Source of the DNA: Vulcanimicrobiaceae bacterium
GTDB lineage: Bacteria; Methylomirabilota; Methylomirabilia; Methylomirabilales; 2-02-FULL-66-22
NCBI GenBank assembly: GCA_035505475.1
Contig: DATJQT010000238.1
Span: forward strand, 1,755 to 65,754
Length of the DNA: 64,000 nucleotides
Direction: 5' to 3'
Part shown: positions 54,177 to 63,306 of the stretch, one piece after another
How positions within the stretch are numbered: the first letter of the stretch is position 1
How the letters are laid out: the number at the start of each line of letters is the position of its first letter
Notes under the pieces: model-generated
Told to the model about the DNA's origin: nothing
The model's input: the letters and a program-made list of their open reading frames with translations, nothing else
Databases searched by the model: none
Translations under genes and position numbers: made by a program

Positions 54177-55330
54177 CATCCGCCGGGTCCCGCCTGCGGA
54201 GCATCCATGGGGCGCCGTCGTGGCGCCTGGCCAGCGACCGGGTGGAGGCCTTTGTCGCCCGCGACGGCGGCCATCTCGGGCCGGTCACCTTTCGCACCGC
54301 GCGGGGACGGGTCCGGCCCCTGGCGGTCGCGCCGTGGGCGGGCGGGCGCCTGGCGCCGGCCACGCCGGCGGTGTTGCGGACGCTGCGCGGCGATTTCTTC
54401 TGCCTGCCGTTCGGCGAAAATGGGCGGCCGTGGCGCGGCGAGCGCCATCCGGTCCACGGCGAAACGGCGTCGCGCCGCTGGCGCCTGCTGTCGTCGACCG
54501 AGCGCGGGCCGGTCGCCGAGCTGGCGGCGGAGATGGTCACGCGGATCCGTCCCGGCCGCGTCCGCAAGCTGCTGCGCGTGCGCCAGGGCGAGACCAATGT
54601 CTACTGCCGCCACGAGCTGCGCGGCTTCCGGGGCCGGCTGTGCCTTGGCCACCACGCGATGCTGGCGTTTCCCGACGAGCCGGGCGCCGGCCGCATCGCC
54701 CTGAGTCCGTGGCGCCTGGGCCAGGTCTGCCCGCGCCCGTTCGAATCCGCCGCCCAGGGGGGCTACTCGGCGCTCCGGACTGGAGCGCGTTTTCGCGACC
54801 TGCGGCGCGTGCCCCTGGCCGCCGGTGGCTGGGCGGACCTCACCCGCTATCCGGCCCGCGCCGGCTTCGAAGACCTCGTCCTGGTGTCGGCCCGGCCGCG
54901 GACCCGGCTGGCATGGACGACGGTGACGTTTCCGCGCCAGGGCTACGTGTGGATCGCGCTCAAGGACCCGCGGGTGCTCGCCTCGACGGTCCTCTGGCAT
55001 TCGAACGGCGGCCGGCATTATCCGCCTTGGAACGGGCGCCATCGGCGGGTGCTCGGCCTGGAGGAGGTCACGGGCTATTTCCATTTCGGGCTCGCCGATT
55101 CCGCCGGCCCGAACCCGCTGGCGCGGCGGGGCGTGCCGACGACCGTGCGGCTGCGCCCGGACCGGACCACGGTGGTCAATTATGTCATGGGAGTGGCAGC
55201 GGTTCCGCCGGACTTCGACTGCGTCCGCCAGGTGCGCTTCGCGCGGGACCATGTGGTCCTGACGGCCGGGTCCGGCGCCGTCGTCCGGCATCCCGTGGAC
55301 CTTTCATTCTTCGACCCGGCCGCGCAATGA
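54173..55330 (+). CDS. 385-aa cytoplasmic protein of unknown function (beta-rich, possibly mutarotase-like)
   Basis: ATG 54173 lies in an ATGA overlap with the upstream stop (MTSAGSRLRSIHGAPSWRL...). It has ATGA overlaps at both ends, so it is embedded in the operon. HG-containing segments (RHPVHGE, LCLGHHAML) weakly recall aldose-1-epimerase-like folds. The functional call is speculative. Confidence 0.55.
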   Translation: MTSAGSRLRSIHGAPSWRLASDRVEAFVARDGGHLGPVTFRTARGRVRPLAVAPWAGGRLAPATPAVLRTLRGDFFCLPFGENGRPWRGERHPVHGETASRRWRLLSSTERGPVAELAAEMVTRIRPGRVRKLLRVRQGETNVYCRHELRGFRGRLCLGHHAMLAFPDEPGAGRIALSPWRLGQVCPRPFESAAQGGYSALRTGARFRDLRRVPLAAGGWADLTRYPARAGFEDLVLVSARPRTRLAWTTVTFPRQGYVWIALKDPRVLASTVLWHSNGGRHYPPWNGRHRRVLGLEEVTGYFHFGLADSAGPNPLARRGVPTTVRLRPDRTTVVNYVMGVAAVPPDFDCVRQVRFARDHVVLTAGSGAVVRHPVDLSFFDPAAQ

Positions 55331-55899
55331 AGTGCTCCGAGATCAACCGCGCCTACGACGACGCCTGCGCCTGTTTCCGCCGGCATGCCTGGGCCCTGCC
55401 GCCGCGGCCGCGGTGGGACATCACGGACTTCGGCCTGGGGAATTTTGCGCATTTTGGCCTCACGCTGGTCAACCTCGCGACCGAGCCGGAGTATTGCGAG
55501 AAGCTGATGTATGCCCGCCGCCGCCAGACGACGCCCTGCCACACCCACGTCCGGAAGAAGGAGGACATCATCTGCCGCGTGGGGGAGCTGACGCTGCGCC
55601 TGTGGCCGGCGCGGCCGGTGGCCGGCGCCGGACCGGGTCCGGCCTTCGTGGTGCCGGTCAACGGCAGCGGCGAATCCATCGTGGCCGGGGGGGAGCTGAC
55701 GCTGGCGGCGGGAAGCCGGGTGACGCTGGTCCCCGGCGTCTGGCATGAATTCTGGGCCCGCACCGCCGAGTGCATCATCGGTGAGGTGAGCACGGCCAAC
55801 GACGACCTGCACGACAACTGCTTCCTTGACCCGGGCATCGGGCGGTTTCCGGGGCTCGAGGAGGACGAACCCCTGCGGGTGGCGCTGGAGCGGCGATGA
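55327..55899 (+). CDS. cupin-type sugar isomerase, D-lyxose/D-mannose ketol-isomerase-like
   Basis: ATG 55327 (ATGA overlap). Contains YCEKLMYARRRQTTPCHTHVRKKEDIICRVG and VWHEFWA (cupin metal ligands), then EVSTANDD. About 190 aa. Confidence 0.75.
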   Translation: MKCSEINRAYDDACACFRRHAWALPPRPRWDITDFGLGNFAHFGLTLVNLATEPEYCEKLMYARRRQTTPCHTHVRKKEDIICRVGELTLRLWPARPVAGAGPGPAFVVPVNGSGESIVAGGELTLAAGSRVTLVPGVWHEFWARTAECIIGEVSTANDDLHDNCFLDPGIGRFPGLEEDEPLRVALERR

Positions 55900-56981
55900 G
55901 CGCCCACCGGCCATCGCGGCCGCGCCGGGGCATCCTGGCCGGCGGCAATTGGATCGTCGACCACGTGAAGGTCATCGACACGTGGCCGCCGCAGGACGCG
56001 CTCGCGTCCATCCTCGGGCAGACGGCCAGCAATGGCGGCGCGCCCTACAATGTGCTGAAGGACCTGGCGCGCCTCGGCGCCCCCTTTCCGCTGGCGGGCG
56101 TCGGGCTGGTGGGGCGCGACGTCGACGGCCGCGCCATCCGCGCCGACTGCGCCGCCTGCGGCATCGACGTGCGCCGGCTCCGGATGACCCGGCTCGCCGC
56201 GACGTCCTCCACCGACGTCATGACCGTGCAGTCCACCGGGCGGCGGACCTTTTTTCACCAGCGCGGGGCGAACGCCCTGCTCGATGCGGGCGATTTCGAT
56301 TTCGCCGCGAGCCGCGCCCGGATCTTCCACCTCGGCTATCTGCTGCTGCTGGACCGTCTCGATGGCGCCGACCGCGGCCGGCCGCGCGTCTGCCGCGTGC
56401 TGGCGGCGGCGCGGCGCCAGGGATTGAAAACCTCGATCGACGTGGTCAGCGAGGATTCCCGCCGCTATCGGCGGGTGGTGCTGCCGGCGCTGCCGTTCGT
56501 CGACTATTGCTTCGCCAACGACTTCGAGGCGGAGCGGCTGACCGGCGTCCGTCTGCGCTCGCGCCGCGGCATCGTTGCGGCCGCCGCGGAACGGGCGGCG
56601 CGGCGCCTGCTGGCGGCCGGGGTGAGGGAGTGGGTCTTCATCCATTTCGCCGAGGCGGTGCTGGCGGCGCACGCCGGCGGCGGCTGCTGGTGGCAGCCGA
56701 GCGTGCGGGTGCGGCCGGCCGACATCCGCGGGGCCGCGGGGGCGGGGGACGCCCTGGCGGCGGGAATTCTGTTCGGCCTGCACGAAGGCTGGCCCATCCC
56801 CCGGTGCCTCCGCCTGGGCGTCGCGGCGGCGGCGGCATCGCTGTCCCATCCGACCTGTTCGGAGGGCGTGGGGACGGCGGCGGCGTGCCTCGCGCAGGCC
56901 GGCAGGCGGGGGTTTCGGCGCCTCCCCGGCATGAACCGGCGGGTCGCCGGCGCCCGGCGACGATTCGCCCCGGCGCCATGA
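55896..56981 (+). CDS. PfkB family carbohydrate kinase
   Basis: ATG 55896 (ATGA overlap). N-terminal ILAGGNWIVDHV. C-terminal nucleotide/anion-hole motif GAAGAGDALAAGILFGL. Confidence 0.8.
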   Translation: MSAHRPSRPRRGILAGGNWIVDHVKVIDTWPPQDALASILGQTASNGGAPYNVLKDLARLGAPFPLAGVGLVGRDVDGRAIRADCAACGIDVRRLRMTRLAATSSTDVMTVQSTGRRTFFHQRGANALLDAGDFDFAASRARIFHLGYLLLLDRLDGADRGRPRVCRVLAAARRQGLKTSIDVVSEDSRRYRRVVLPALPFVDYCFANDFEAERLTGVRLRSRRGIVAAAAERAARRLLAAGVREWVFIHFAEAVLAAHAGGGCWWQPSVRVRPADIRGAAGAGDALAAGILFGLHEGWPIPRCLRLGVAAAAASLSHPTCSEGVGTAAACLAQAGRRGFRRLPGMNRRVAGARRRFAPAP

Positions 56982-59065
56982 ATCCCCCCTCGCCTCAACG
57001 GGTGAATCCTGCCGAGCGGCCCCGCCGCCGGGCGTCCCTTCCGGCGGCCTTTCCCCTGCGCCAGGTGCACCTGGATTTCCACACCTCGCCTTTCATTCCG
57101 GACGTCGGCGCCGAGTTCGACGGACGGAAGTTCGCGCGGACGCTGCGCCAGGCCCACGTCAACAGCGTCACGGTCTTCGCCAAATGCCTGCACGGGATGT
57201 GCTATTTTCCCACCCGGGTGGGCACGCCGCACCCGGCCCTGCGGGGCCGCGACCTGCTGGGCGAGATGCTCGAGGCCCTGCGGCGCGAGGACATCCGGGC
57301 GCCGGTCTACATCGCCGTCGGCTGGGAGGAGGATGCCGCCTCGCGCCATCCGGAGTGGCGGCAGATGCGGGCGGACGGTTCGTTCGCGCGCGCGACGCTC
57401 GCGGGCGCGGTGCAGGCGGACGGCTGGCAGTTTCTCGACTGGGTCAACCCGGACTACCAGGACCACGTTGAGGCGCTGACCCGCGAGGTCGTGGCGCGCT
57501 ACGGCGGGGTGGACGGTTTCTTCTATGACATCCTGTTCTACGCCCGGCAGGCCCATGGTTCGGCGGCCGCGTGGCGGTTCCGCCGGCGCCGCGCGCTGAC
57601 GGCCGACGGCGACGAAACCTTCGCCCGCTTCGAGGGGGCGGCCCAGGCGGCGTTCAGCGCGCGGTTCACGAAACTGCTCCGCGGCCTGCAGCCGGGCGGC
57701 CGGGTCTTCTACAATGCGACGGGCGAGATCTCGATGGACGCGGCGGTGGGGGTGCGCGCGCGGTACGCGCTCATGACCCACATGGAGATCGAGTCGCTGC
57801 CGTCGGGCTTCTGGGGCTACCACCATTTTCCGCGCTTGGCGCGCAGCTGCGGCCGCTGGGGGCGGCCCTGGCTCGGCATGACCGGGCGCTTCCAGAAGGA
57901 GTGGGGCGATTTTGGCGGCATCAAGCCCGCGGCCGCGCTCGAGTATGACTGTTTTCGCGCGCAGGCGCTGGGCGGGGGCAACTCGATCGGCGACCAGCTG
58001 CCGCCGCGCGGCACGCCGGACCCGGCGGCCTATGCCCTCATCGGCCGTGTGTACGCGCAATGCGCGGCCGCCGAGCCATATTACGCCCGCAGCGCCCCGC
58101 TGCCGCGGGTGGGGGTGTTCACCGCCCATTACCCCGGACGGGATCCGCACCGCGCCAATCTCGCGGACGAAGGCGCGCTGCTGATGTGCGACGAGATCCA
58201 CGAGGACGCGTCGCTCCTCGACGAACAGGCGTCGCTGGACGGATTCGCCGTGCTGGTGCTCCCCGACGCGGCCGTGGTCACCGACCGGCTCCGGGCGAAG
58301 CTGCGCGCCTTCCACCGGCGGGGCGGGCGCCTGATCGTGTCGCATCGCGCCGGCTGCGATGCCGCCGGGCGGTGGGCCCTGGATTTTCTGCCGCTGCGCT
58401 TCGCGGGCGAGGTCGAGAAATATCCGGCCTATTGGCGGACGCGCCGGGGCTTCGCCCCCGGGCTGGCCGGGAGCGACCGCGTCATTTACTCCCGCGGGCT
58501 GAATGTGGTCCCCGGGCGCGGCGCCCAGGTGCTGGTGGACCGCGTGCTGCCGTACTTCCGGCGGACTGCGCTGACCTACTGCTCGCACGCCCAAACGCCG
58601 CCCGTGGCGAAACCGGACCGGTTTCCGGCGGTGGTCGCCGGCCGGCGTTTCGTCTATTTTGCGGACCCGATCTTTAGCGAGTACCGCGAGAGCGGCAACG
58701 TCGTGACCCGCGAAGTCTGGCGGCGGGCGATGGAACGCCTCGCCGGCCCGCCGCCGTTCGGTGCCGGCCTGCCGACCACGATCCTGTGCGTGCCGCGGCG
58801 GCGGGGGCGCGACCTGCTGCTCACCCTGCTGCACTATGTGCCGGTGCGGAAGGCGCTCGAACGGGATGTGCTGGAGGAAGCGATGGGCTTTGCCGGCGAG
58901 ATTCTGCGCCTGCCACCGGGGGCGGCCACGGTGCGCGTATTTGGCACCGGGCAGTCGCTCGAACCAGCGGGACGGGGCGGGTTCTTGCTGCCCGTCGCCA
59001 AGGGTCGCCTGTTGCTCGAGGTGCCCGGATATTTTCGCCGCCCGGCCCGGGGGAGGTCCCGATGA
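56978..59065 (+). CDS. cytoplasmic GHL6/GH42-like putative glycosidase (TIM barrel + trimerisation-like domain)
   Basis: True start is ATG 56978 (ATGA overlap), in-frame inside the 1079-aa ORF-track entry. The pattern LRQVHLDFHTSPFIPDVGAEFDGRKFARTLRQAHVNSVTVFAKCLHGMCYFPT matches my recollection of the 'hypothetical glycosyl hydrolase 6' N-domain. No signal peptide. Confidence 0.65.
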   Translation: MNPPSPQRVNPAERPRRRASLPAAFPLRQVHLDFHTSPFIPDVGAEFDGRKFARTLRQAHVNSVTVFAKCLHGMCYFPTRVGTPHPALRGRDLLGEMLEALRREDIRAPVYIAVGWEEDAASRHPEWRQMRADGSFARATLAGAVQADGWQFLDWVNPDYQDHVEALTREVVARYGGVDGFFYDILFYARQAHGSAAAWRFRRRRALTADGDETFARFEGAAQAAFSARFTKLLRGLQPGGRVFYNATGEISMDAAVGVRARYALMTHMEIESLPSGFWGYHHFPRLARSCGRWGRPWLGMTGRFQKEWGDFGGIKPAAALEYDCFRAQALGGGNSIGDQLPPRGTPDPAAYALIGRVYAQCAAAEPYYARSAPLPRVGVFTAHYPGRDPHRANLADEGALLMCDEIHEDASLLDEQASLDGFAVLVLPDAAVVTDRLRAKLRAFHRRGGRLIVSHRAGCDAAGRWALDFLPLRFAGEVEKYPAYWRTRRGFAPGLAGSDRVIYSRGLNVVPGRGAQVLVDRVLPYFRRTALTYCSHAQTPPVAKPDRFPAVVAGRRFVYFADPIFSEYRESGNVVTREVWRRAMERLAGPPPFGAGLPTTILCVPRRRGRDLLLTLLHYVPVRKALERDVLEEAMGFAGEILRLPPGAATVRVFGTGQSLEPAGRGGFLLPVAKGRLLLEVPGYFRRPARGRSR

Positions 59066-60123
59066 AGGCGCGAACCCCGGCCGACGCCGTGGCGCTGGGA
59101 ATCATCGGCGCGGGGCAGGTCGTGCGCCACCAGCTGGAGGCTCTGGCGGCCGCCCCCGCGGTGCGGGTGGTGGCGGTGACGGACCTCGATGGCCGGGCGG
59201 CGCGTGAGATCGCCGGTGCGCTGGGCGCCGCCGACGTCGTGGCCGATTATCAATCCCTGCTGCGGCACCCGGCGGTCGAGGCGGTGTATGTGGCGACGCC
59301 GCCGCGGCTGCACCGGCCCATGATCCTCGAGGCGATCGCCGCGGAGCGTCATGTCCTTTGTGAGAAGCCGTTTGTGCTCAACGCCGCGGAGGCCCGCGAG
59401 GTGGCCGCGGCCGCGGCGCGCCGCCCGGCGCTGATCGTGGCGAGCTGCTCCAGCCGCATGCATTTTGGCGCGGCGGTGCAGTCGGCGCATGCGCTCATCG
59501 CCCGCGGCGGGTTGGGGCGGCTGCTGGGCGTGCGCCACCTGGTGACCTGCTGGCCGCGACCGCCCCGGCCCCCGGGGTGGAAAACCAACCGGGCCGAGGC
59601 CGGCGGCGGCGCGGCCATGGACTGGGGCGTCTACCATTTCGAGTTCCTGCGGCGGTTGTTGGGGGACGCCTGGGATCCGGTGAGCGTCGCCGCGACGACC
59701 GAGGCCGAGTGGGGCGACGGTCCGGGGCTGGAATCGGGGTTCTCGGCGACCGTCGTCTGCCGGTCGGGGCTGCGCGTCCAGGTCGAGCGGCGGTGCGAGA
59801 TCGGGCCGCTGCTCGAGCGGACCGAAGTGCGGGGAACGGAGGGAGGCCTCGATGTACCGATGCTCGGCGGTGCCATCCCGGAGACGCTGACCCGGCATTG
59901 CCGCGCGGAAGACGGCCGCGTGCGAACCGAGTCCGGGCTCACGGAGCCCGTCAAGGACCACCGCCCCATGCTGCTCTTCCCGCTGCTCGACTTTGCCGCG
60001 GCGGTGCGCGGACGCGCGCCAGCCGCGACTTCGCCGGCGTCCGAGCTCGGGTTGCACCTGCTGCTGGACGCGCTTTATGTCTCCGCGGCACGGGGCGGGA
60101 TCCCCGTCGATCTGCCGGTATGA
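59062..60123 (+). CDS. Gfo/Idh/MocA family oxidoreductase
   Basis: ATG 59062 (ATGA overlap). Contains VALGIIGAGQVVRHQ and HVLCEKPFVL. Confidence 0.8.
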   Translation: MKARTPADAVALGIIGAGQVVRHQLEALAAAPAVRVVAVTDLDGRAAREIAGALGAADVVADYQSLLRHPAVEAVYVATPPRLHRPMILEAIAAERHVLCEKPFVLNAAEAREVAAAAARRPALIVASCSSRMHFGAAVQSAHALIARGGLGRLLGVRHLVTCWPRPPRPPGWKTNRAEAGGGAAMDWGVYHFEFLRRLLGDAWDPVSVAATTEAEWGDGPGLESGFSATVVCRSGLRVQVERRCEIGPLLERTEVRGTEGGLDVPMLGGAIPETLTRHCRAEDGRVRTESGLTEPVKDHRPMLLFPLLDFAAAVRGRAPAATSPASELGLHLLLDALYVSAARGGIPVDLPV

Positions 60124-60956
60124 AACGCCGCGTCTACGCCTTCAGCAACCACTTTGAGCATGCGGACCGCCGCTATGCGCTGGCCGAGCAATGGTCGATT
60201 CTGCGCGAGCTGGGCTACGACGGCGGGTATCAAACCGTCAACCTGGGCGACGCGACAGACCGCGAGGTGTGCGCGCAACTCCCGGGACTTTGCGCCCGGA
60301 CCGGTCTGGACCTCGCGGCCGTCTACTCCGTGGCTGAGCCCTGGGCGCCCGCGCGGGCGGGCGGCTGGTCGGCCGTGGAGTTGGTGGCGGCCCTTCGTCC
60401 CGGCGACACGCTGGAGCTGGCGATCAACCGGGGCTGGTGTCAGGACTTGTCAGCCGCCCGATTCGACGATGAGGCAGTCGCCTTCCTCCAGCCGTTGCTC
60501 GCCGCGGCCCGGCGCCGCGGCATCACGCTGTCGCTCTATCCGCACTTCGGTTTCTGGCTCGAACGGATCGAGGATTGCGTGCGGCTGGCCGCGAAAGCGG
60601 ACGACCCGCACCTGCGGGTGACGTTCTGCGGCTTTCACTGGTACGCGTGCGGCGGTGGCGACGACGCCCGCGGGCTGGCGGCGGCGCTCCGGCTGGCGCG
60701 CCCGTGGCTGCATCGCGTCAATGTGTGCGGGTCCCGCCTGGTGGTACCGGCCGTCGCCGGCAGCCTCCCCGCCACCATCGAGCCCGTGGGACAGGGCGAT
60801 TTCCCGTTGGAGGAATTCCTGCGGCAGCTCGACGCGGTGGGGTACACCGGCCCCGTCGGGTTTCAAGGCTACCGGATCGGCGGGCATCCGCCGGCCACCC
60901 TGCGGCAGTCGCTGGCGGCGTTTCGCGCCGCCGAGGCCCGGGTGGCGGTGGGCTGA
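60120..60956 (+). CDS. xylose-isomerase-like TIM-barrel protein
   Basis: ATG 60120 (ATGA overlap). Contains LGYDGGYQTV, ITLSLYPHFGFWLE and GFHWYACGG, consistent with an AP_endonuc_2-type barrel. 278 aa. Confidence 0.7.
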   Translation: MKRRVYAFSNHFEHADRRYALAEQWSILRELGYDGGYQTVNLGDATDREVCAQLPGLCARTGLDLAAVYSVAEPWAPARAGGWSAVELVAALRPGDTLELAINRGWCQDLSAARFDDEAVAFLQPLLAAARRRGITLSLYPHFGFWLERIEDCVRLAAKADDPHLRVTFCGFHWYACGGGDDARGLAAALRLARPWLHRVNVCGSRLVVPAVAGSLPATIEPVGQGDFPLEEFLRQLDAVGYTGPVGFQGYRIGGHPPATLRQSLAAFRAAEARVAVG

Positions 60957-60974
60957 ACGGCGTCCTGTTTTCCC

Positions 60975-62105
60975 ATGGCCAAGGTCGTCATCGAGAACCT
61001 GCTCAAGATCTTCCCGGAGAAGAGCGGGCCCGGCGTGCGCGCCGTCAACGCGATCAACCTCACGGTGGAGGACCGCGAGTTCATGGTCCTGGTCGGGCCC
61101 TCCGGCTGCGGCAAGTCGACGACCCTGCGCATGATCGCGGGGCTGGAGGAGATCGACGGCGGCACGATCGCGATCGACGGGCGGGTGGTCAACCGCGTGC
61201 CGCCCAAGGACCGCGACATCGCGATGGTGTTTCAGAACTACGCGCTCTACCCGCACATGACCGTGTTCGACAACCTCGCCTTCGGGTTGAAGCTGCGGCA
61301 CCTGCCGCGGGCGGAAATCGCGGCGCGGGTGCAAACGGCGGCGGCGCAGCTCGGCCTGGAGGGGTGCCTGGAGCGCAAACCCAAGGCGCTGTCCGGCGGC
61401 CAGCGCCAGCGCGTCGCCCTGGGCCGCGCCATCGTGCGGCAGCCGAAGGTGTTCCTCTTCGACGAGCCCCTGTCCAACCTGGATGCGAAGATGCGGGTGT
61501 CGACCCGCACCGAGATCGCCAAGCTGCACGACCGCCTCGGCGCCACCATGATCTACGTGACCCACGACCAGGTGGAGGCGATGACCATGGGCGACCGCAT
61601 CTGCGTGATGAAGGACGGCGACATCATGCAGGTCGCCGAGCCGCTGACGCTCTATAATCAACCGGCCAATCTCTTCGTCGCCGGTTTCATCGGCAGCCCG
61701 CCGATGAATTTCTTCAAGGGGGCCGTGGAGGCGGCGGGGGGCCGCCTGATCTTTGTCGAGGCCAATGCCACCGGGCGCGCTTTGCGCCTGCCGCTTCCGG
61801 AGGCGCTGGCGCGCCGGGCCGCGGGCCGGGCCGGGCAGCCGCTGATCCTCGGCTTGCGTCCCGAGGATGTGCACGACCTCACCCTCGCCAAGGCATTCGA
61901 TCCCGCCTGCGCCGCAGAGGTGCGCATCGAGGTCGTCGAGCCGATGGGAGCGGAGACGTACCTGTATCTGCAGACGGGGGCCCACTCGTTTGTCGCGCGG
62001 GTGCGCGCCAGCGACCAGTTCGATGTCGACCGGCCGCTGCCGGTGGTCTTCGACCTCGCCAAGGCCCACCTCTTTGACGCCGCCACCGGGAGCGTGTTGC
62101 GCTAG
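60975..62105 (+). CDS. ABC transporter ATP-binding protein, MalK/UgpC/MsmX-type (CUT1 sugar importer ATPase)
   Basis: Walker A GPSGCGKST, Q-loop MVFQNYALYPH, signature LSGGQRQRVALGRA, Walker B FLFDEPLSNLD, H-loop YVTHDQ, and a C-terminal TOBE-like regulatory domain. Confidence 0.9.
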   Translation: MAKVVIENLLKIFPEKSGPGVRAVNAINLTVEDREFMVLVGPSGCGKSTTLRMIAGLEEIDGGTIAIDGRVVNRVPPKDRDIAMVFQNYALYPHMTVFDNLAFGLKLRHLPRAEIAARVQTAAAQLGLEGCLERKPKALSGGQRQRVALGRAIVRQPKVFLFDEPLSNLDAKMRVSTRTEIAKLHDRLGATMIYVTHDQVEAMTMGDRICVMKDGDIMQVAEPLTLYNQPANLFVAGFIGSPPMNFFKGAVEAAGGRLIFVEANATGRALRLPLPEALARRAAGRAGQPLILGLRPEDVHDLTLAKAFDPACAAEVRIEVVEPMGAETYLYLQTGAHSFVARVRASDQFDVDRPLPVVFDLAKAHLFDAATGSVLR

Positions 62106-62123
62106 CGCGCCCGCCGGCGGGGC

Positions 62124-63272
62124 TCAGGTCAGGGGCGGGACATCGACCCACGTGCGCCGGGCGGAGGACTCCAGCCCCTTTTCGGCGAGCTGCACTCCCT
62201 TGGCGCCCTCCAGCAGCGTCCAGCGGAACGGCTCGTGGGCGACGACATGGCGCAGGAAGAGCTCCCACTGCACCTTGAAGGCGTTGTCGAAGGTCGTGGT
62301 GTCGGGCACCTTTTGCCAGCCGTCGAAGAACTTGATCGGCTGCTCGATGTCGGGATTCCACACGGCCCGCGGCGTGACTTCCGCCCGCTGCGTCCAGCAG
62401 TCGCGCAGCCCGGCCACGGCGGAGCCCTGGGTGCCGTCCACCTGCAGGGTGAGGAGGTCGTCGCGGCGCACGCGCACGCACCAGGAGCTGTTGAAGTGCA
62501 GGATCACGCCCTGGTCGGTCTCGAAGGTGGCATAGGCGGCGTCGTCGGCCGTGCAGGCGTAGGGGCGGCCCTGCTCGTCGCGCCGCTCGGGAATGTGGGT
62601 GACGCACCGGCAGGACACGGCCGTGACGTTGCCGAAGAGATTGTCGATGACGTACCGCCAGTGGCAGAGCATGTCGATCGCCATGCCCCCGCCGTCCTCC
62701 TTGCGGTAGTTCCACGACGGCCGCTGCGCGGGCTGCCGGTCGCCCTCGAAGACCCAGTAGCCGAATTCGCCGCGGACGGAGAGGATCCGGCCAAAGAAGC
62801 CGGAGTCGATCAGCAGCTTCAGCTTGCGCAGGCCGGGCAGCCAGAGCTTGTCCTGCACGACGCCGTTCTTCAGGCCGGCGTCGCGGCACTCGCGGGCGAG
62901 CGCCAGCGCGGTCGCCGTGTCCACCGCGATGGGCTTCTCGCAGTAGATCGCCTTGCGGGCGGCGATCGCCTGGCGGACGCCGTCGGCCCGGCGGTCCGTC
63001 GTCTGGGCGTCGAAATAGATCTGGTTGGCCGGGTCGGCCAGGGCGCTGGAGAGATCGGTCGTGAACCGGGCGACGTCGTGGGCCCGGGCGAGGGCCTCGA
63101 GCTTGTCCGCGTTGCGGCCGACCAAAATCGGGTCCGGGAGGATGACATCACCGTTGGCCAGGCGCACGCCGCCCTGCTGGCGGATGGCGAGGATGGAGCG
63201 GATCAGGTGCTGATTCGTCCCCATTCGGCCGGTGACGCCGTTCATGATGATGCCGATGGAGTGATGTTTCAT
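62124..63272 (-). CDS. Gfo/Idh/MocA family oxidoreductase
   Basis: Start chosen at ATG 63272 ([18 protein letters not shown]...). Contains IYCEKPIAV. The longer 492-aa ORF-track start runs through the upstream gene. Confidence 0.85.
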   Translation of the reverse strand: MKHHSIGIIMNGVTGRMGTNQHLIRSILAIRQQGGVRLANGDVILPDPILVGRNADKLEALARAHDVARFTTDLSSALADPANQIYFDAQTTDRRADGVRQAIAARKAIYCEKPIAVDTATALALARECRDAGLKNGVVQDKLWLPGLRKLKLLIDSGFFGRILSVRGEFGYWVFEGDRQPAQRPSWNYRKEDGGGMAIDMLCHWRYVIDNLFGNVTAVSCRCVTHIPERRDEQGRPYACTADDAAYATFETDQGVILHFNSSWCVRVRRDDLLTLQVDGTQGSAVAGLRDCWTQRAEVTPRAVWNPDIEQPIKFFDGWQKVPDTTTFDNAFKVQWELFLRHVVAHEPFRWTLLEGAKGVQLAEKGLESSARRTWVDVPPLT

Positions 63273-63306
63273 GGAGTGCGGGGAGCCGGCGGTTCCGGGT
63301 CCGGGG

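Noticed and set aside
50057-59065. Over-long ORF-track entries: 50057-52174 (705 aa), 54029-55330, 54220-55899 (559 aa), 55826-59065 (1079 aa), 58786-60123 and 59577-60956. Also 33974-35935 and 62124-63602 on the minus strand.
   Set aside because: Their N-terminal parts are alternate-frame read-through of the upstream gene (Arg/Pro/Gly-rich). The recognisable domains begin exactly at ATG or GTG codons that overlap the upstream stop by 4 nt, so I trimmed the calls to those starts.
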